Source: a virus (Duplodnaviria; Heunggongvirae; Uroviricota; Caudoviricetes). From it: a stretch of 41,251 bases of DNA. Below the pieces are notes generated by a model. It was not told the origin of the DNA, made no database searches, and saw nothing but the letters and a program-made list of their open reading frames with translations. The stretch lies in IMG/VR virus record IMGVR_UViG_2869976549_000005. One strand, 5' to 3'. Within the stretch, counting starts at the first letter, position 1. Each line of letters begins with the position of its first letter. The translations under genes were made by a program, and so were the position numbers. This document shows, one piece after another, positions 20,588 through 31,367 of the stretch.

Positions 20588-20983
20588 TCACATCTCGTAT
20601 GTAATGGAATAAGTCAGATCCGCAGAGCTCCATAACGCCATATCGTCATCACGACGATACTCATAGCCCTGCGTAACCATCGTGGTAATCAGTCCTGCCA
20701 GTGCAGGGATCGCAGTCATCGCCGGATAAATCCGGCTTTCCATCCACTGATCGAGCTCCGAATCAGGTACCTGTGCCGGTAAAAACACCTCAATATGCAG
20801 TGTGGCCCGCCAGGTATCTGCATCCAGCTCTTCACCGGTATACTCTGCATCCGTCAGATAAACCGCGATCGCAGGAAAATCCTCTTCGTCAAAAACAACG
20901 GGGCGACCATCAAACAGCGTCGCCCCGTGTTCATGCTGCTCGAGTGCATCCAGCACTGCGGCACGAATGTCAGTGTGTTTCAT
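20588..20983 (-). CDS. U: minor tail protein U (tail terminator)
   Basis: 131 aa, position between V and Z. Confidence 0.85.
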   Translation of the reverse strand: MKHTDIRAAVLDALEQHEHGATLFDGRPVVFDEEDFPAIAVYLTDAEYTGEELDADTWRATLHIEVFLPAQVPDSELDQWMESRIYPAMTAIPALAGLITTMVTQGYEYRRDDDMALWSSADLTYSITYEM

Positions 20984-21555
20984 CGTTTTATCGCAATCCT
21001 CAGTTGTTGTTTCAGCGCGTATGCCAGTTCTTTAGGCAGGCGTTCACGCCGGATACGGTCAACATTCTCATCAAATGCCTGTTTCAGTGGGGCCGCCATC
21101 GGGATTTTCACCACCTGAATGGGAAGGCGATTACGCTTTTTCCTTCCCTTGTCGTCATTGCCCTCCTCATATCTGGCCTGGGGAAGACGTTGCATAACAT
21201 GCCAGCGCCCATTATTTAATCGCTGGATAAATGCCCGCTGATAACGATGCTGACCGGCTTTGAGTATGCTGTTCGGACGACGCCCCAGCATTCTGATCCC
21301 CAGCTTAATCACAGGGAGATCACCGCGGTTAACGATAATTCTGGCATTCGGATTTCTGACCGTCGCCCGTTTCAGTCTGGACCGTTCCTTTACCAGTTTC
21401 CGTCTCACCCTGGTTTCCCGGGCAACCTGTGACGAAGACTGATTAATCGCCGTTGTGGCCACGCGGTTAATGGTCATTGCAGAAGCAGCCGGAATGGCGT
21501 TTTTACGAACCCGGCTCAGATTGTCAATCGCCTGATCAAGCCCTTTTATCGCCAT
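20980..21555 (-). CDS. Z: tail completion protein Z
   Basis: 191 aa MAIKGLDQAIDNLSRV... Confidence 0.8.
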   Translation of the reverse strand: MAIKGLDQAIDNLSRVRKNAIPAASAMTINRVATTAINQSSSQVARETRVRRKLVKERSRLKRATVRNPNARIIVNRGDLPVIKLGIRMLGRRPNSILKAGQHRYQRAFIQRLNNGRWHVMQRLPQARYEEGNDDKGRKKRNRLPIQVVKIPMAAPLKQAFDENVDRIRRERLPKELAYALKQQLRIAIKR

Positions 21556-21644
21556 AATTCACCCTGCGTTTATCGTCGCCGGTTAACTGCGGGTGGTTGC
21601 CCACGGTTGAGCCAGAGATAACAGCTGCCCCCGTCATCCGGAGA
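21556..21644 (-). pseudogene. probable 3' remnant of the gene upstream of Z (FII-like), cut by IS21
   Basis: Open frame ends at 21556 immediately before Z; upstream part replaced by the IS21 end. Confidence 0.3.
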
Positions 21645-21745
21645 TGTCAGCGCCAGTGATATAAGACGGTAATTCGCCATTTGGATTGTCCGCTCCACCC
21701 AACATGTTGTTTCCTTAAGGTTCTCACACCAGAAAGGACATCAAC

Positions 21746-23298
<1,553 letters not shown>

Positions 23299-23357
23299 TA
23301 GCCTGAGTTTAACGGACACTCCTTCCTGAAATAGAATGGCATCAGAAGGAGCTAATA

Positions 23358-23660
23358 ATGAGCAGAAAAACCCAACGTTACTCTAAAGAGTTCAAAGCCG
23401 AAGCTGTCAGAACGGTTCTTGAAAATCAACTTTCGATCAGTGAAGGCGCTTCCCGATTATCTCTTCCTGAAGGCACTTTAGGACAATGGGTTACCGCCGC
23501 CAGAAAAGGGCTCGGTACTCCTGGTTCCCGCACGGTGGCTGAACTGGAATCTGAAATTCTGCAACTGCGTAAGGCGTTAAATGAAGCTCGCCTTGAGCGA
23601 GATATATTAAAAAAAGCAACAGCGTATTTTGCACAGGAGTCGCTGAAAAATACGCGTTAA
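23358..23660 (+). CDS. IS600 OrfA
   Basis: 100 aa, identical family to 5749-6051. Confidence 0.9.
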   Translation: MSRKTQRYSKEFKAEAVRTVLENQLSISEGASRLSLPEGTLGQWVTAARKGLGTPGSRTVAELESEILQLRKALNEARLERDILKKATAYFAQESLKNTR

Positions 23661-23695
23661 TCGAACAATGGCGACAACAATTTCCCATTGAAGCG

Positions 23696-24514
23696 ATGTG
23701 TCAGGTATTTGGTGTATCCAGGAGCGGTTATTACAACTGGGTACAGCATGAACCCTCAGACAGAAAACAAAGTGATGAGCGGCTAAAACTGGAGATTAAG
23801 GTGGCACATATCCGCACTCGCGAAACATATGGAACCCGGCGGCTCCAGACGGAGCTGGCAGAGAATGGCATCATCGTTGGTCGTGACCGACTGGCACGTC
23901 TTCGTAAGGAGCTAAGGCTACGCTGTAAGCAGAAACGCAAGTTCAGAGCGACTACGAACTCGAACCACAATCTGCCAGTTGCGCCAAATCTGCTGAACCA
24001 GACGTTCGCTCCTACAGCACCAAATCAGGTCTGGGTGGCGGACCTGACGTATGTTGCCACACAGGAGGGATGGTTGTACCTCGCTGGCATCAAAGATGTT
24101 TATACGTGCGAAATTGTCGGCTACGCCATGGGAGAGCGCATGACAAAAGAGCTGACAGGTAAAGCCCTGTTTATGGCGCTCAGGAGCCAGCGCCCACCTG
24201 CCGGGCTAATCCACCACTCTGATCGAGGTTCACAGTACTGCGCATACGATTACCGGGTCATACAGGAGCAGTCTGGTCTGAAAACATCAATGTCGCGTAA
24301 AGGTAACTGTTACGACAACGCTCCGATGGAAAGCTTCTGGGGAACGCTGAAAAATGAGAGCCTGAGCCACTATCGTTTTAATAACCGGGATGAAGCCATC
24401 TCAGTAATACGGGAATACATTGAGATTTTCTACAATCGTCAGCGTCGTCACTCTCGTCTGGGGAATATCTCCCCGGCAGCCTTCAGGGAAAAATATCATC
24501 AGATGGCTGCTTAA
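23696..24514 (+). CDS. IS600 OrfB
   Basis: 272 aa. Confidence 0.9.
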   Translation: MCQVFGVSRSGYYNWVQHEPSDRKQSDERLKLEIKVAHIRTRETYGTRRLQTELAENGIIVGRDRLARLRKELRLRCKQKRKFRATTNSNHNLPVAPNLLNQTFAPTAPNQVWVADLTYVATQEGWLYLAGIKDVYTCEIVGYAMGERMTKELTGKALFMALRSQRPPAGLIHHSDRGSQYCAYDYRVIQEQSGLKTSMSRKGNCYDNAPMESFWGTLKNESLSHYRFNNRDEAISVIREYIEIFYNRQRRHSRLGNISPAAFREKYHQMAA

Positions 24515-24714
24515 AAAAAGAACAAATGGTAGTGTCCGCTATTGCCAGTACACCTCAGTTAGTCAGCTTCTTATCGAACTTGAGCTGAAGGATCTTAAAA
24601 CAAGTTTCCATAGTGCTCCTGGATTTTCTCTTTTTGGACATTGACGTCTCCACTGGTTTAAACACGGCAATGGAGACTGTGGTGAAAAGAGTTAATTCCC
24701 GGAGTGACTGGCGA

Positions 24715-24847
24715 ATTCCAATCAATGATCGGAAGTATGCCAAATCGTGATCGATTGTGATGCCAAACTGTGATCGGAGATGGATGCCAAATCATGATCG
24801 ATTCGAATGCCAAACTGCGATCGATTCAGATGCCATTTTGCAATCAG
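24715..24847. repeat. tandem array of about six 22-24-bp direct repeats, each with a GATC site (consensus ATGCCAAAYNRYGATCGATT)
   Basis: Contiguous units at 24737, 24760, 24784, 24807 plus degenerate copies at 24715 and 24830; no spacers. Confidence 0.7.
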
Positions 24848-24947
24848 CGCCAGAACAGCAGCTGACAGGCCGTATTTGATTTTTGCGCTCATGGATATTT
24901 ATCAGGATGCTACCAATGAAAGATACTGGAAAGCCAACTGCAAAAAG

Positions 24948-25262
24948 CTAACAACCCGTAATCGAGTTATCAGAACTGTTAATTTTTATGGTATACCGCG
25001 CCTCTGAACAGGGGCGCGTTTCTGGCAACAGCTCGTCCCCTTCACATAACCCGGCAGCAACATCCAGGAAGACCTGTCTGATGCTCCTTCTGGCTGCTGC
25101 CTCATAAAACTCCAGCGCGGCACCTTCAACACGGTCCAGCGAGATGTCCAGGTCAAAAATTTCACCGTCAAAGCGTTTTTTGTCCCGTAACGCTAAAGTT
25201 ACCGTAACTTTATTCTCAAAATTGCGGATCCCTTTCACAATCAGTTCATAGTTTTGAGTCAT
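24948..25262 (-). pseudogene. DUF1327-like (YdfO/YbcV-type) prophage protein, probably C-terminally corrupted
   Basis: N-terminus MTQNYELIVKGIRNFENKVTVTLALRDKKRFDGEIFDLD... recalled as the YdfO/YbcV family; C-terminal 25 aa read through a hairpin/terminator. Confidence 0.35.
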
Positions 25263-25266
25263 TGAA

Positions 25267-25482
25267 TTACTCTCCCCGTGCAGCCTTACGACGGTCCTCT
25301 CTGATTTTGAAATACAGGTTAGTCAGATATGTCAGCAGCCCAAACAGCAGACTCCCCAGCACGCCTATTGCCGCCCACTGAGACGGGGAAACCCTGTCCA
25401 GCAACTGCAGGAACCAGTAGCCCGTTCCCACCGCTGACGTGGTGTATGACACACCTGTTGTGATTTTTTCCATCTGGTACAT
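25267..25482 (-). CDS. phage-21-type class II holin (pinholin S21) with dual start (71-aa and 68-aa forms)
   Basis: [13 protein letters not shown]...[50 protein letters not shown]; two TMDs; Met1 and Met4 dual-start pattern. Confidence 0.75.
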   Translation of the reverse strand: MYQMEKITTGVSYTTSAVGTGYWFLQLLDRVSPSQWAAIGVLGSLLFGLLTYLTNLYFKIREDRRKAARGE

Positions 25483-25632
25483 ACCCCGTCTCCCGTTATC
25501 CGGAAGCTGACAACAATAAAAAAAGCCACCAGTTAAGTACTGATGGCTCTGATAACTCATGCAGGCATCTCAGACGACCCACTGACACTACCGGTGAGTT
25601 TAACGATACCTTCCATTTGGCTGGCTCACTTT

Positions 25633-27486
25633 TTATGATGATGCCGGTGCATTTATCTCCAGCACCAGACTTTCTATCTCAACGCCATACGCTGCATTTT
25701 TGGTAATATCCGTCAGCGTCAGCGCATTCAGCCCCAGTGTCAGACTGTCTTTTATGACCTGGAATGCCGGGCCAGCCACTCCATTCAGTTTCGGAGTAAC
25801 CGTGGCACTGCCGGCGGTGAACACCAGCTCCAGCGTCAGCCAGTCGTTACTGTAATTCCCGAACTCGCCCAACTTTGTGTTTCCTGCTTTCTTGTGATGC
25901 ATCAGATTCAGTTTGCCGTCTGTGGTCTGGGTGAAGAACGACATCAGGAACGGGTTACCAGTCCCGGTCATCGCCACGACGTCAGGTAACGCTACATCGG
26001 TATACAGATAAATTCCCAGACCGAACTGGTTGTTGGTCAGTGCGCCTGACAGTCGAAACTTACAGCTCAGTCTGCCACCCCGTGTCAGCAGGGAGACTGC
26101 GTCATCCACCGGGCGCGTCAGGGACCAGGCTTTATTGCTCTGCTTGGTGATCTTAAATACACCATCTGACAACTGAACTCCGCCATTCTTAATGCTCCAG
26201 CCCTGCGCAGCAGCGTCTCCGGCTGTCGGCAACAGGGAGATTGTGCGTATGGATGCATCTTCAGACGGCCCCGATGGCGTGTCGCCGCCGGGCGAGGGTT
26301 TGATTTCCGGTGCCTTACCACTAATGAAGGCTAAGGTGCGACCGGCTACGTTCAGAATAGCAGTTGCCATACGATCGGGAATAATGCCACGACGCGCCCA
26401 TGAGCTGAAATGCGTCGGGCGATTTGATGATACCCAGTTTTTGTTCGTTCGGGATGCCGAACCGTAATAACCAGACCCGGCAATATCAGGATCTTCTGAC
26501 GGGTTGTTTGTCGGTGTATTAACTCCGCTACCATCGGTCATAAAGGGAACAAAATAAATCTGCTGGGATTCTTTACCTTTATATGCACCATATACCACTT
26601 CATATTGCGTACCGTGTTCTTGTTTCCACGCGTATGTCGTGTCGCCACAAATCCAGGGGACTGATGCCGGACTTCCACCGTGACACTGCGCCGCCAGCCC
26701 GGCAAGGTCAGCACGGAACTGCTGTACCATTGCAAGAAATGCTGCTGGCTGCTGGGCGTAACTGGCATTCGTCATATCGAATTCCCCCTGCATCCAGCAT
26801 ATCGCCAGCAAAACGTTTTTCGGGTTTTTCTGCAATGCTGCCTTCGTGCGGAAAAGCAGATCCTGATATAACGGCTTACCCACTCCCCAGCGAGCCGAAT
26901 CCTGACTGGCCCCCGTGGACTCGCTGAATGTCCCCTCCGTGCCCTGGGTGAATGCCGAACCACCACGACAGCATGGTACCAGCAGGATCCCCGCATTATT
27001 AGGGATATACGGAAGCAGTTTTTTGGCAATATGTAAGCCCTGTCCGACACAGCCGTACTGCCCTTTGCTCAGGTCAGCCCGGGGATGGTTAATCGTACTC
27101 ATATCCTGAACATCATGCAGACAATGGTCAGCAGGAATGATGTCGTTAAATACGCATACTTCACCACCGGGAGTCACTGTGTTACGACGGGCCAGTTGCT
27201 TAATGCGCGGATGGGGCGCATCGTATGAATCCGGAAGCGGAAGACCTTCACCGTAAGCCATGGCATTGGATTGCCCGGCCAGTACGATGACGTAGTACCA
27301 CTCCGGCTCAGTTGCACCACTGACGACCACATCACCTTCTGCTGCAATCGCCTGCATCAGGGTATAAGGGGTTATGGCCACCGGACTACCAAACGGCTGC
27401 CAGCCCTCCTTCAGTTTTTGTGTCAGTCGTTTCGCAAGGTCTGACGGCGATGCCGCCCTGACCACGTCATAGTGTTTAAATGCCAT
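25633..27486 (-). CDS. nanS: prophage NanS-p-like sialate O-acetylesterase (SGNH hydrolase with N-terminal DUF1737-like region), 617 aa
   Basis: GQSNAMAY esterase motif; size and position (upstream of the holin, downstream of the tRNA cluster) as in Stx-converting phages. Confidence 0.6.
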   Translation of the reverse strand: MAFKHYDVVRAASPSDLAKRLTQKLKEGWQPFGSPVAITPYTLMQAIAAEGDVVVSGATEPEWYYVIVLAGQSNAMAYGEGLPLPDSYDAPHPRIKQLARRNTVTPGGEVCVFNDIIPADHCLHDVQDMSTINHPRADLSKGQYGCVGQGLHIAKKLLPYIPNNAGILLVPCCRGGSAFTQGTEGTFSESTGASQDSARWGVGKPLYQDLLFRTKAALQKNPKNVLLAICWMQGEFDMTNASYAQQPAAFLAMVQQFRADLAGLAAQCHGGSPASVPWICGDTTYAWKQEHGTQYEVVYGAYKGKESQQIYFVPFMTDGSGVNTPTNNPSEDPDIAGSGYYGSASRTNKNWVSSNRPTHFSSWARRGIIPDRMATAILNVAGRTLAFISGKAPEIKPSPGGDTPSGPSEDASIRTISLLPTAGDAAAQGWSIKNGGVQLSDGVFKITKQSNKAWSLTRPVDDAVSLLTRGGRLSCKFRLSGALTNNQFGLGIYLYTDVALPDVVAMTGTGNPFLMSFFTQTTDGKLNLMHHKKAGNTKLGEFGNYSNDWLTLELVFTAGSATVTPKLNGVAGPAFQVIKDSLTLGLNALTLTDITKNAAYGVEIESLVLEINAPASS

Positions 27487-27721
27487 GAATCCTCCCGGCC
27501 GGGATAATATTGTGAGTAAAATAAGGAGCGGGCTGAAGTCCGGAAGTTACAGGACAATGGCAGAAGAGAGACGACAGCCCGCAATTCGAAAAAGACCGCG
27601 CAGTTGCGCAGAGTGATTACTATGGGGTATTATTCGCCAGCTGAAATATTACTTCACGTTTTATTGTTTATTCCTTGCCGCCCGCGTCTCCCAGCGCGGG
27701 CTTTTTTTGCCCACAAGAAAA

Positions 27722-27950
27722 CCCCTCCGGAGAGGGGCTAAAGCCGCGTATCTGTATCATCATGCACATGGTGCCGGGTGCCTCCCGGTGAGTTCAGCCC
27801 GGTGCCACTAAACCCGCGTCATTCTCGTTTTGATAATCAGAGATTATACCGTCACCAGTCGCCCCTCCGCTCAGGGGGATTCACCATGCGAAATTTTTTT
27901 AACAAATGCCCAGTCTGACAGGCAACTGTCAACTTACTGAATTGTGAGCA
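27722..27950 (-). repeat. structured non-coding element, paralogue A
   Basis: Shares hairpin blocks with 29475-29685: CCCCTCCGGAGAGGGG, TGCCGGGTGCCTCCCGGTGA, CGCCCCTCCGC-CAGGGGGATTCACCATGC, AACTGTCAAC, CTGAATTGTGAG. Confidence 0.6.
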
Positions 27951-28084
27951 ACATAGCATTTAACGGGGAACCTGTTTTCTGCAGTAAAAAGGCCCACCGG
28001 AGCGGATGGGCCTGGAAGGATGAGGTAGCCTGAGTTTAACGGACACTCCTTCCTGAAATAGAATGGCATCAGAAGGAGCTAATA

Positions 28085-28387
28085 ATGAGCAGAAAAACCC
28101 AACGTTACTCTAAAGAGTTCAAAGCCGAAGCTGTCAGAACGGTTCTTGAAAATCAACTTTCGATCAGTGAAGGCGCTTCCCGATTATCTCTTCCTGAAGG
28201 CACTTTAGGACAATGGGTTACCGCCGCCAGAAAAGGGCTCGGTACTCCTGGTTCCCGCACGGTGGCTGAACTGGAATCTGAAATTCTGCAACTGCGTAAG
28301 GCGTTAAATGAAGCTCGCCTTGAGCGAGATATATTAAAAAAAGCAACAGCGTATTTTGCACAGGAGTCGCTGAAAAATACGCGTTAA
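28085..28387 (+). CDS. IS600 OrfA
   Basis: 100 aa. Confidence 0.9.
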   Translation: MSRKTQRYSKEFKAEAVRTVLENQLSISEGASRLSLPEGTLGQWVTAARKGLGTPGSRTVAELESEILQLRKALNEARLERDILKKATAYFAQESLKNTR

Positions 28388-28422
28388 TCGAACAATGGCG
28401 ACAACAATTTCCCATTGAAGCG

Positions 28423-29241
28423 ATGTGTCAGGTATTTGGTGTATCCAGGAGCGGTTATTACAACTGGGTACAGCATGAACCCTCAGACAGAAAACAAAGT
28501 GATGAGCGGCTAAAACTGGAGATTAAGGTGGCACATATCCGCACTCGCGAAACATATGGAACCCGGCGGCTCCAGACGGAGCTGGCAGAGAATGGCATCA
28601 TCGTTGGTCGTGACCGACTGGCACGTCTTCGTAAGGAGCTAAGGCTACGCTGTAAGCAGAAACGCAAGTTCAGAGCGACTACGAACTCGAACCACAATCT
28701 GCCAGTTGCGCCAAATCTGCTGAACCAGACGTTCGCTCCTACAGCACCAAATCAGGTCTGGGTGGCGGACCTGACGTATGTTGCCACACAGGAGGGATGG
28801 TTGTACCTCGCTGGCATCAAAGATGTTTATACGTGCGAAATTGTCGGCTACGCCATGGGAGAGCGCATGACAAAAGAGCTGACAGGTAAAGCCCTGTTTA
28901 TGGCGCTCAGGAGCCAGCGCCCACCTGCCGGGCTAATCCACCACTCTGATCGAGGTTCACAGTACTGCGCATACGATTACCGGGTCATACAGGAGCAGTC
29001 TGGTCTGAAAACATCAATGTCGCGTAAAGGTAACTGTTACGACAACGCTCCGATGGAAAGCTTCTGGGGAACGCTGAAAAATGAGAGCCTGAGCCACTAT
29101 CGTTTTAATAACCGGGATGAAGCCATCTCAGTAATACGGGAATACATTGAGATTTTCTACAATCGTCAGCGTCGTCACTCTCGTCTGGGGAATATCTCCC
29201 CGGCAGCCTTCAGGGAAAAATATCATCAGATGGCTGCTTAA
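28423..29241 (+). CDS. IS600 OrfB
   Basis: 272 aa. Confidence 0.9.
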   Translation: MCQVFGVSRSGYYNWVQHEPSDRKQSDERLKLEIKVAHIRTRETYGTRRLQTELAENGIIVGRDRLARLRKELRLRCKQKRKFRATTNSNHNLPVAPNLLNQTFAPTAPNQVWVADLTYVATQEGWLYLAGIKDVYTCEIVGYAMGERMTKELTGKALFMALRSQRPPAGLIHHSDRGSQYCAYDYRVIQEQSGLKTSMSRKGNCYDNAPMESFWGTLKNESLSHYRFNNRDEAISVIREYIEIFYNRQRRHSRLGNISPAAFREKYHQMAA

Positions 29242-29474
29242 AAAAAGAACAAATGGTAGTGTCCGCTATTGCCAGTACACCTCAGGATAGCGGTCATGTG
29301 ATGCCGGTTTCCCGGTAACTCAGCACCGGTATCTGAGTCAACGTTTTCTCTACTGGGTCATTTCCGATACGCCCTGCCTGCTGACAGGCTTTCATCACAT
29401 CTGAAAATATAGCACCCTGACTGATACTGTAGTACCTAAGGTTCCAGAAACTGTGATGTATCCGGCACAGAAAA

Positions 29475-29685
29475 GCCCCTCCGGAGAGGGCTGGAGAGTG
29501 GCGCTATGTGCCATTGCATGATGCCGGGTGCCTCCCGGTGAATTCAGTACCAGCACCTGAATCCGCGATTATCCCATATACCTACTCGCTGATTGCCCCT
29601 CCGCACAGGGGGATTCACCATGCCAGTTTCTTTTAACAAACTCCCCGCAAAACAGACAACTGTCAACCGTCTGAATTGTGAGACA
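29475..29685 (-). repeat. structured non-coding element, paralogue B
   Basis: See 27722-27950; conserved hairpins with compensatory loop differences. Confidence 0.6.
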
Positions 29686-29688
29686 TTT

Positions 29689-29714
29689 AAAAAAAAGGCC
29701 CGCAAAAGCGAGCC
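29689..29714 (-). terminator. intrinsic terminator just 3' of tRNA-Arg(UCU)
   Basis: Minus-strand GGCTCGC-tttt-GCGGGCC hairpin followed by T9. Confidence 0.5.
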
Positions 29715-29728
29715 AGGGAAAATAAGTG

Positions 29729-29805
29729 TGGCGCGTTGTACTGGATTCGAACCAGTGACCGATTGCTTAGAAGGCAATTGCTCTGTCCGGCTGAGCTAAC
29801 AACGC
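29729..29805 (-). tRNA. argO: tRNA-Arg (anticodon UCU), 77 nt, CCA encoded
   Basis: Cloverleaf deduced by hand: acceptor GCGUUGU/ACAACGC, anticodon loop CUUCUAA, T-loop GGTTCGAATCC. Confidence 0.8.
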
Positions 29806-29843
29806 ATGATGCAGATAATGGACCGCCATCGGGGACTTGAACC

Positions 29844-31181
29844 CATAAGCGCTAACTTAAGGGTTGTGGTATTACGCCTGATATGATTTAACGTGCCGAT
29901 GAATTACTCTCACGATAACTGGTCAGCAATTCTGGCCCATATTGGTAAGCCCGAAGAACTGGATACTTCGGCACGTAATGCCGGGGCTCTAACCCGCCGC
30001 CGCGAAATTCGTGATGCTGCAACTCTGCTACGTCTGGGGCTGGCTTACGGCCCCGGGGGGATGTCATTACGTGAAGTCACTGCATGGGCTCAGCTCCATG
30101 ACGTTGCAACATTATCTGACGTGGCTCTCCTGAAGCGGCTGCGGAATGCCGCCGACTGGTTTGGCATACTTGCCGCACAAACACTTGCTGTACGCGCCGC
30201 AGTTACGGGTTGTACAAGCGGAAAGAGATTGCGTCTTGTCGATGGAACAGCAATCAGTGCGCCCGGGGGCGGCAGCGCTGAATGGCGACTACATATGGGA
30301 TATGATCCTCATACCTGTCAGTTCACTGATTTTGAGCTAACCGACAGCAGAGACGCTGAACGGCTGGACCGATTTGCGCAAACGGCAGACGAGATACGCA
30401 TTGCTGACCGGGGATTCGGTTCGCGTCCCGAATGTATCCGCTCACTTGCTTTTGGAGAAGCTGATTATATCGTCCGGGTTCACTGGCGAGGATTGCGCTG
30501 GTTAACTGCAGAAGGAATGCGCTTTGACATGATGGGTTTTCTGCGCGGGCTGGATTGCGGTAAGAACGGTGAAACCACTGTAATGATAGGCAATTCAGGT
30601 AATAAAAAAGCCGGAGCTCCCTTTCCGGCACGTCTCATTGCCGTATCACTTCCTCCCGAAAAAGCATTAATCAGTAAAACCCGACTGCTCAGCGAGAATC
30701 GTCGAAAAGGACGAGTAGTTCAGGCGGAAACGCTGGAAGCAGCGGGCCATGTGCTATTGCTAACATCATTACCGGAAGATGAATATTCAGCAGAGCAAGT
30801 GGCTGACTGTTACCGTCTGCGATGGCAAATTGAACTGGCTTTTAAGCGGCTCAAAAGTTTGCTGCACCTGGATGCTTTGCGTGCAAAGGAACCTGAACTC
30901 GCGAAAGCGTGGATATTTGCTAATCTACTCGCCGCATTTTTAATTGACGACATAATCCAGCCATCGCTGGATTTCCCCCCAGAAGTGCCGGATCCGAAAA
31001 GAAGAACTAACTCGTTGTGGAGAATAACAAAAATGGTCATCTGGAGCTTACAGGTGGCCATTCGTGGGACAGTATCCCTGACAGCCTACAAAACGCAATT
31101 GAAGAACGCGAGGCATCGTCTTAACGAGGCACCGAGGCGTCGCATTCTTCAGATGGTTCAACCCTTAAGTTAGCGCTTATG
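29844..31181 (+). mobile_element. IS186 (IS4 family), 1338 bp, inserted at a GGGG-N7-CCCC site with ~12-bp target duplication
   Basis: Termini CATAAGCGCTAACTTAAGGGTTG...CAACCCTTAAGTTAGCGCTTATG; GGGACTTGAACCC duplicated on both sides. Confidence 0.9.
29893..31173 (+). CDS. IS186 transposase
   Basis: MNYSHDNWSAILAHIGKPEELDTSARNAG... 426-aa ORF. Confidence 0.9.
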   Translation: MPMNYSHDNWSAILAHIGKPEELDTSARNAGALTRRREIRDAATLLRLGLAYGPGGMSLREVTAWAQLHDVATLSDVALLKRLRNAADWFGILAAQTLAVRAAVTGCTSGKRLRLVDGTAISAPGGGSAEWRLHMGYDPHTCQFTDFELTDSRDAERLDRFAQTADEIRIADRGFGSRPECIRSLAFGEADYIVRVHWRGLRWLTAEGMRFDMMGFLRGLDCGKNGETTVMIGNSGNKKAGAPFPARLIAVSLPPEKALISKTRLLSENRRKGRVVQAETLEAAGHVLLLTSLPEDEYSAEQVADCYRLRWQIELAFKRLKSLLHLDALRAKEPELAKAWIFANLLAAFLIDDIIQPSLDFPPEVPDPKRRTNSLWRITKMVIWSLQVAIRGTVSLTAYKTQLKNARHRLNEAPRRRILQMVQPLS

Positions 31182-31251
31182 GGACTTGAACCCCGCGCAG
31201 CCAGCTTCGAAGGCTGGCGCTCTTTCCTGATGAGCTAATGGCGGTATGTGA

Positions 31252-31327
31252 TGGTGGCCCTTGCTGGATTTGAACCAGCGACCTGGCGATTATGAGTCGC
31301 TCGCTCTCACCACTGAGCTAAAGGGCC
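31252..31327 (-). tRNA. ileZ: tRNA with anticodon CAU, ileX/ileZ-like (tRNA-Ile2 type), 76 nt
   Basis: GGCCCUUUAGCUCAGUGG...anticodon loop CUCAUAA...GGUUCAAAUCC...CCA; resembles E. coli ileX rather than initiator or elongator Met. Confidence 0.7.
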
Positions 31328-31367
31328 GGGAGCCGCATAATAACGACGCGTAATTAATTCTTCAATA

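Larger units (their letters stand above)
28021..29284 (+). mobile_element. IS600 copy 3, simple insertion with 3-bp target duplication GGA
   Basis: GGA at 28018-28020 and 29285-29287; identical termini. Confidence 0.95.
29819..31244 (-). tRNA. argN: tRNA-Arg (anticodon UCG) interrupted in the T-arm by IS186 (5' part 31182-31244, 3' part 29819-29843)
   Basis: Joining the halves minus one copy of the ~12-bp duplication gives a 77-nt cloverleaf with acceptor CCGCCAU/AUGGCGG and anticodon loop CUUCGAA. Confidence 0.75.

Noticed and set aside
24715-24847. Tandem repeat array considered as a possible CRISPR array
   Set aside because: Repeats are contiguous with no spacers, only ~23 bp, degenerate, and there are no cas genes in the window
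27487-29728. Looked for stxA/stxB between the tRNA cluster and the NanS-p-like gene
   Set aside because: No ORF with Shiga-toxin A or B subunit features; the interval contains only non-coding elements and an IS600, so stx is absent from this window
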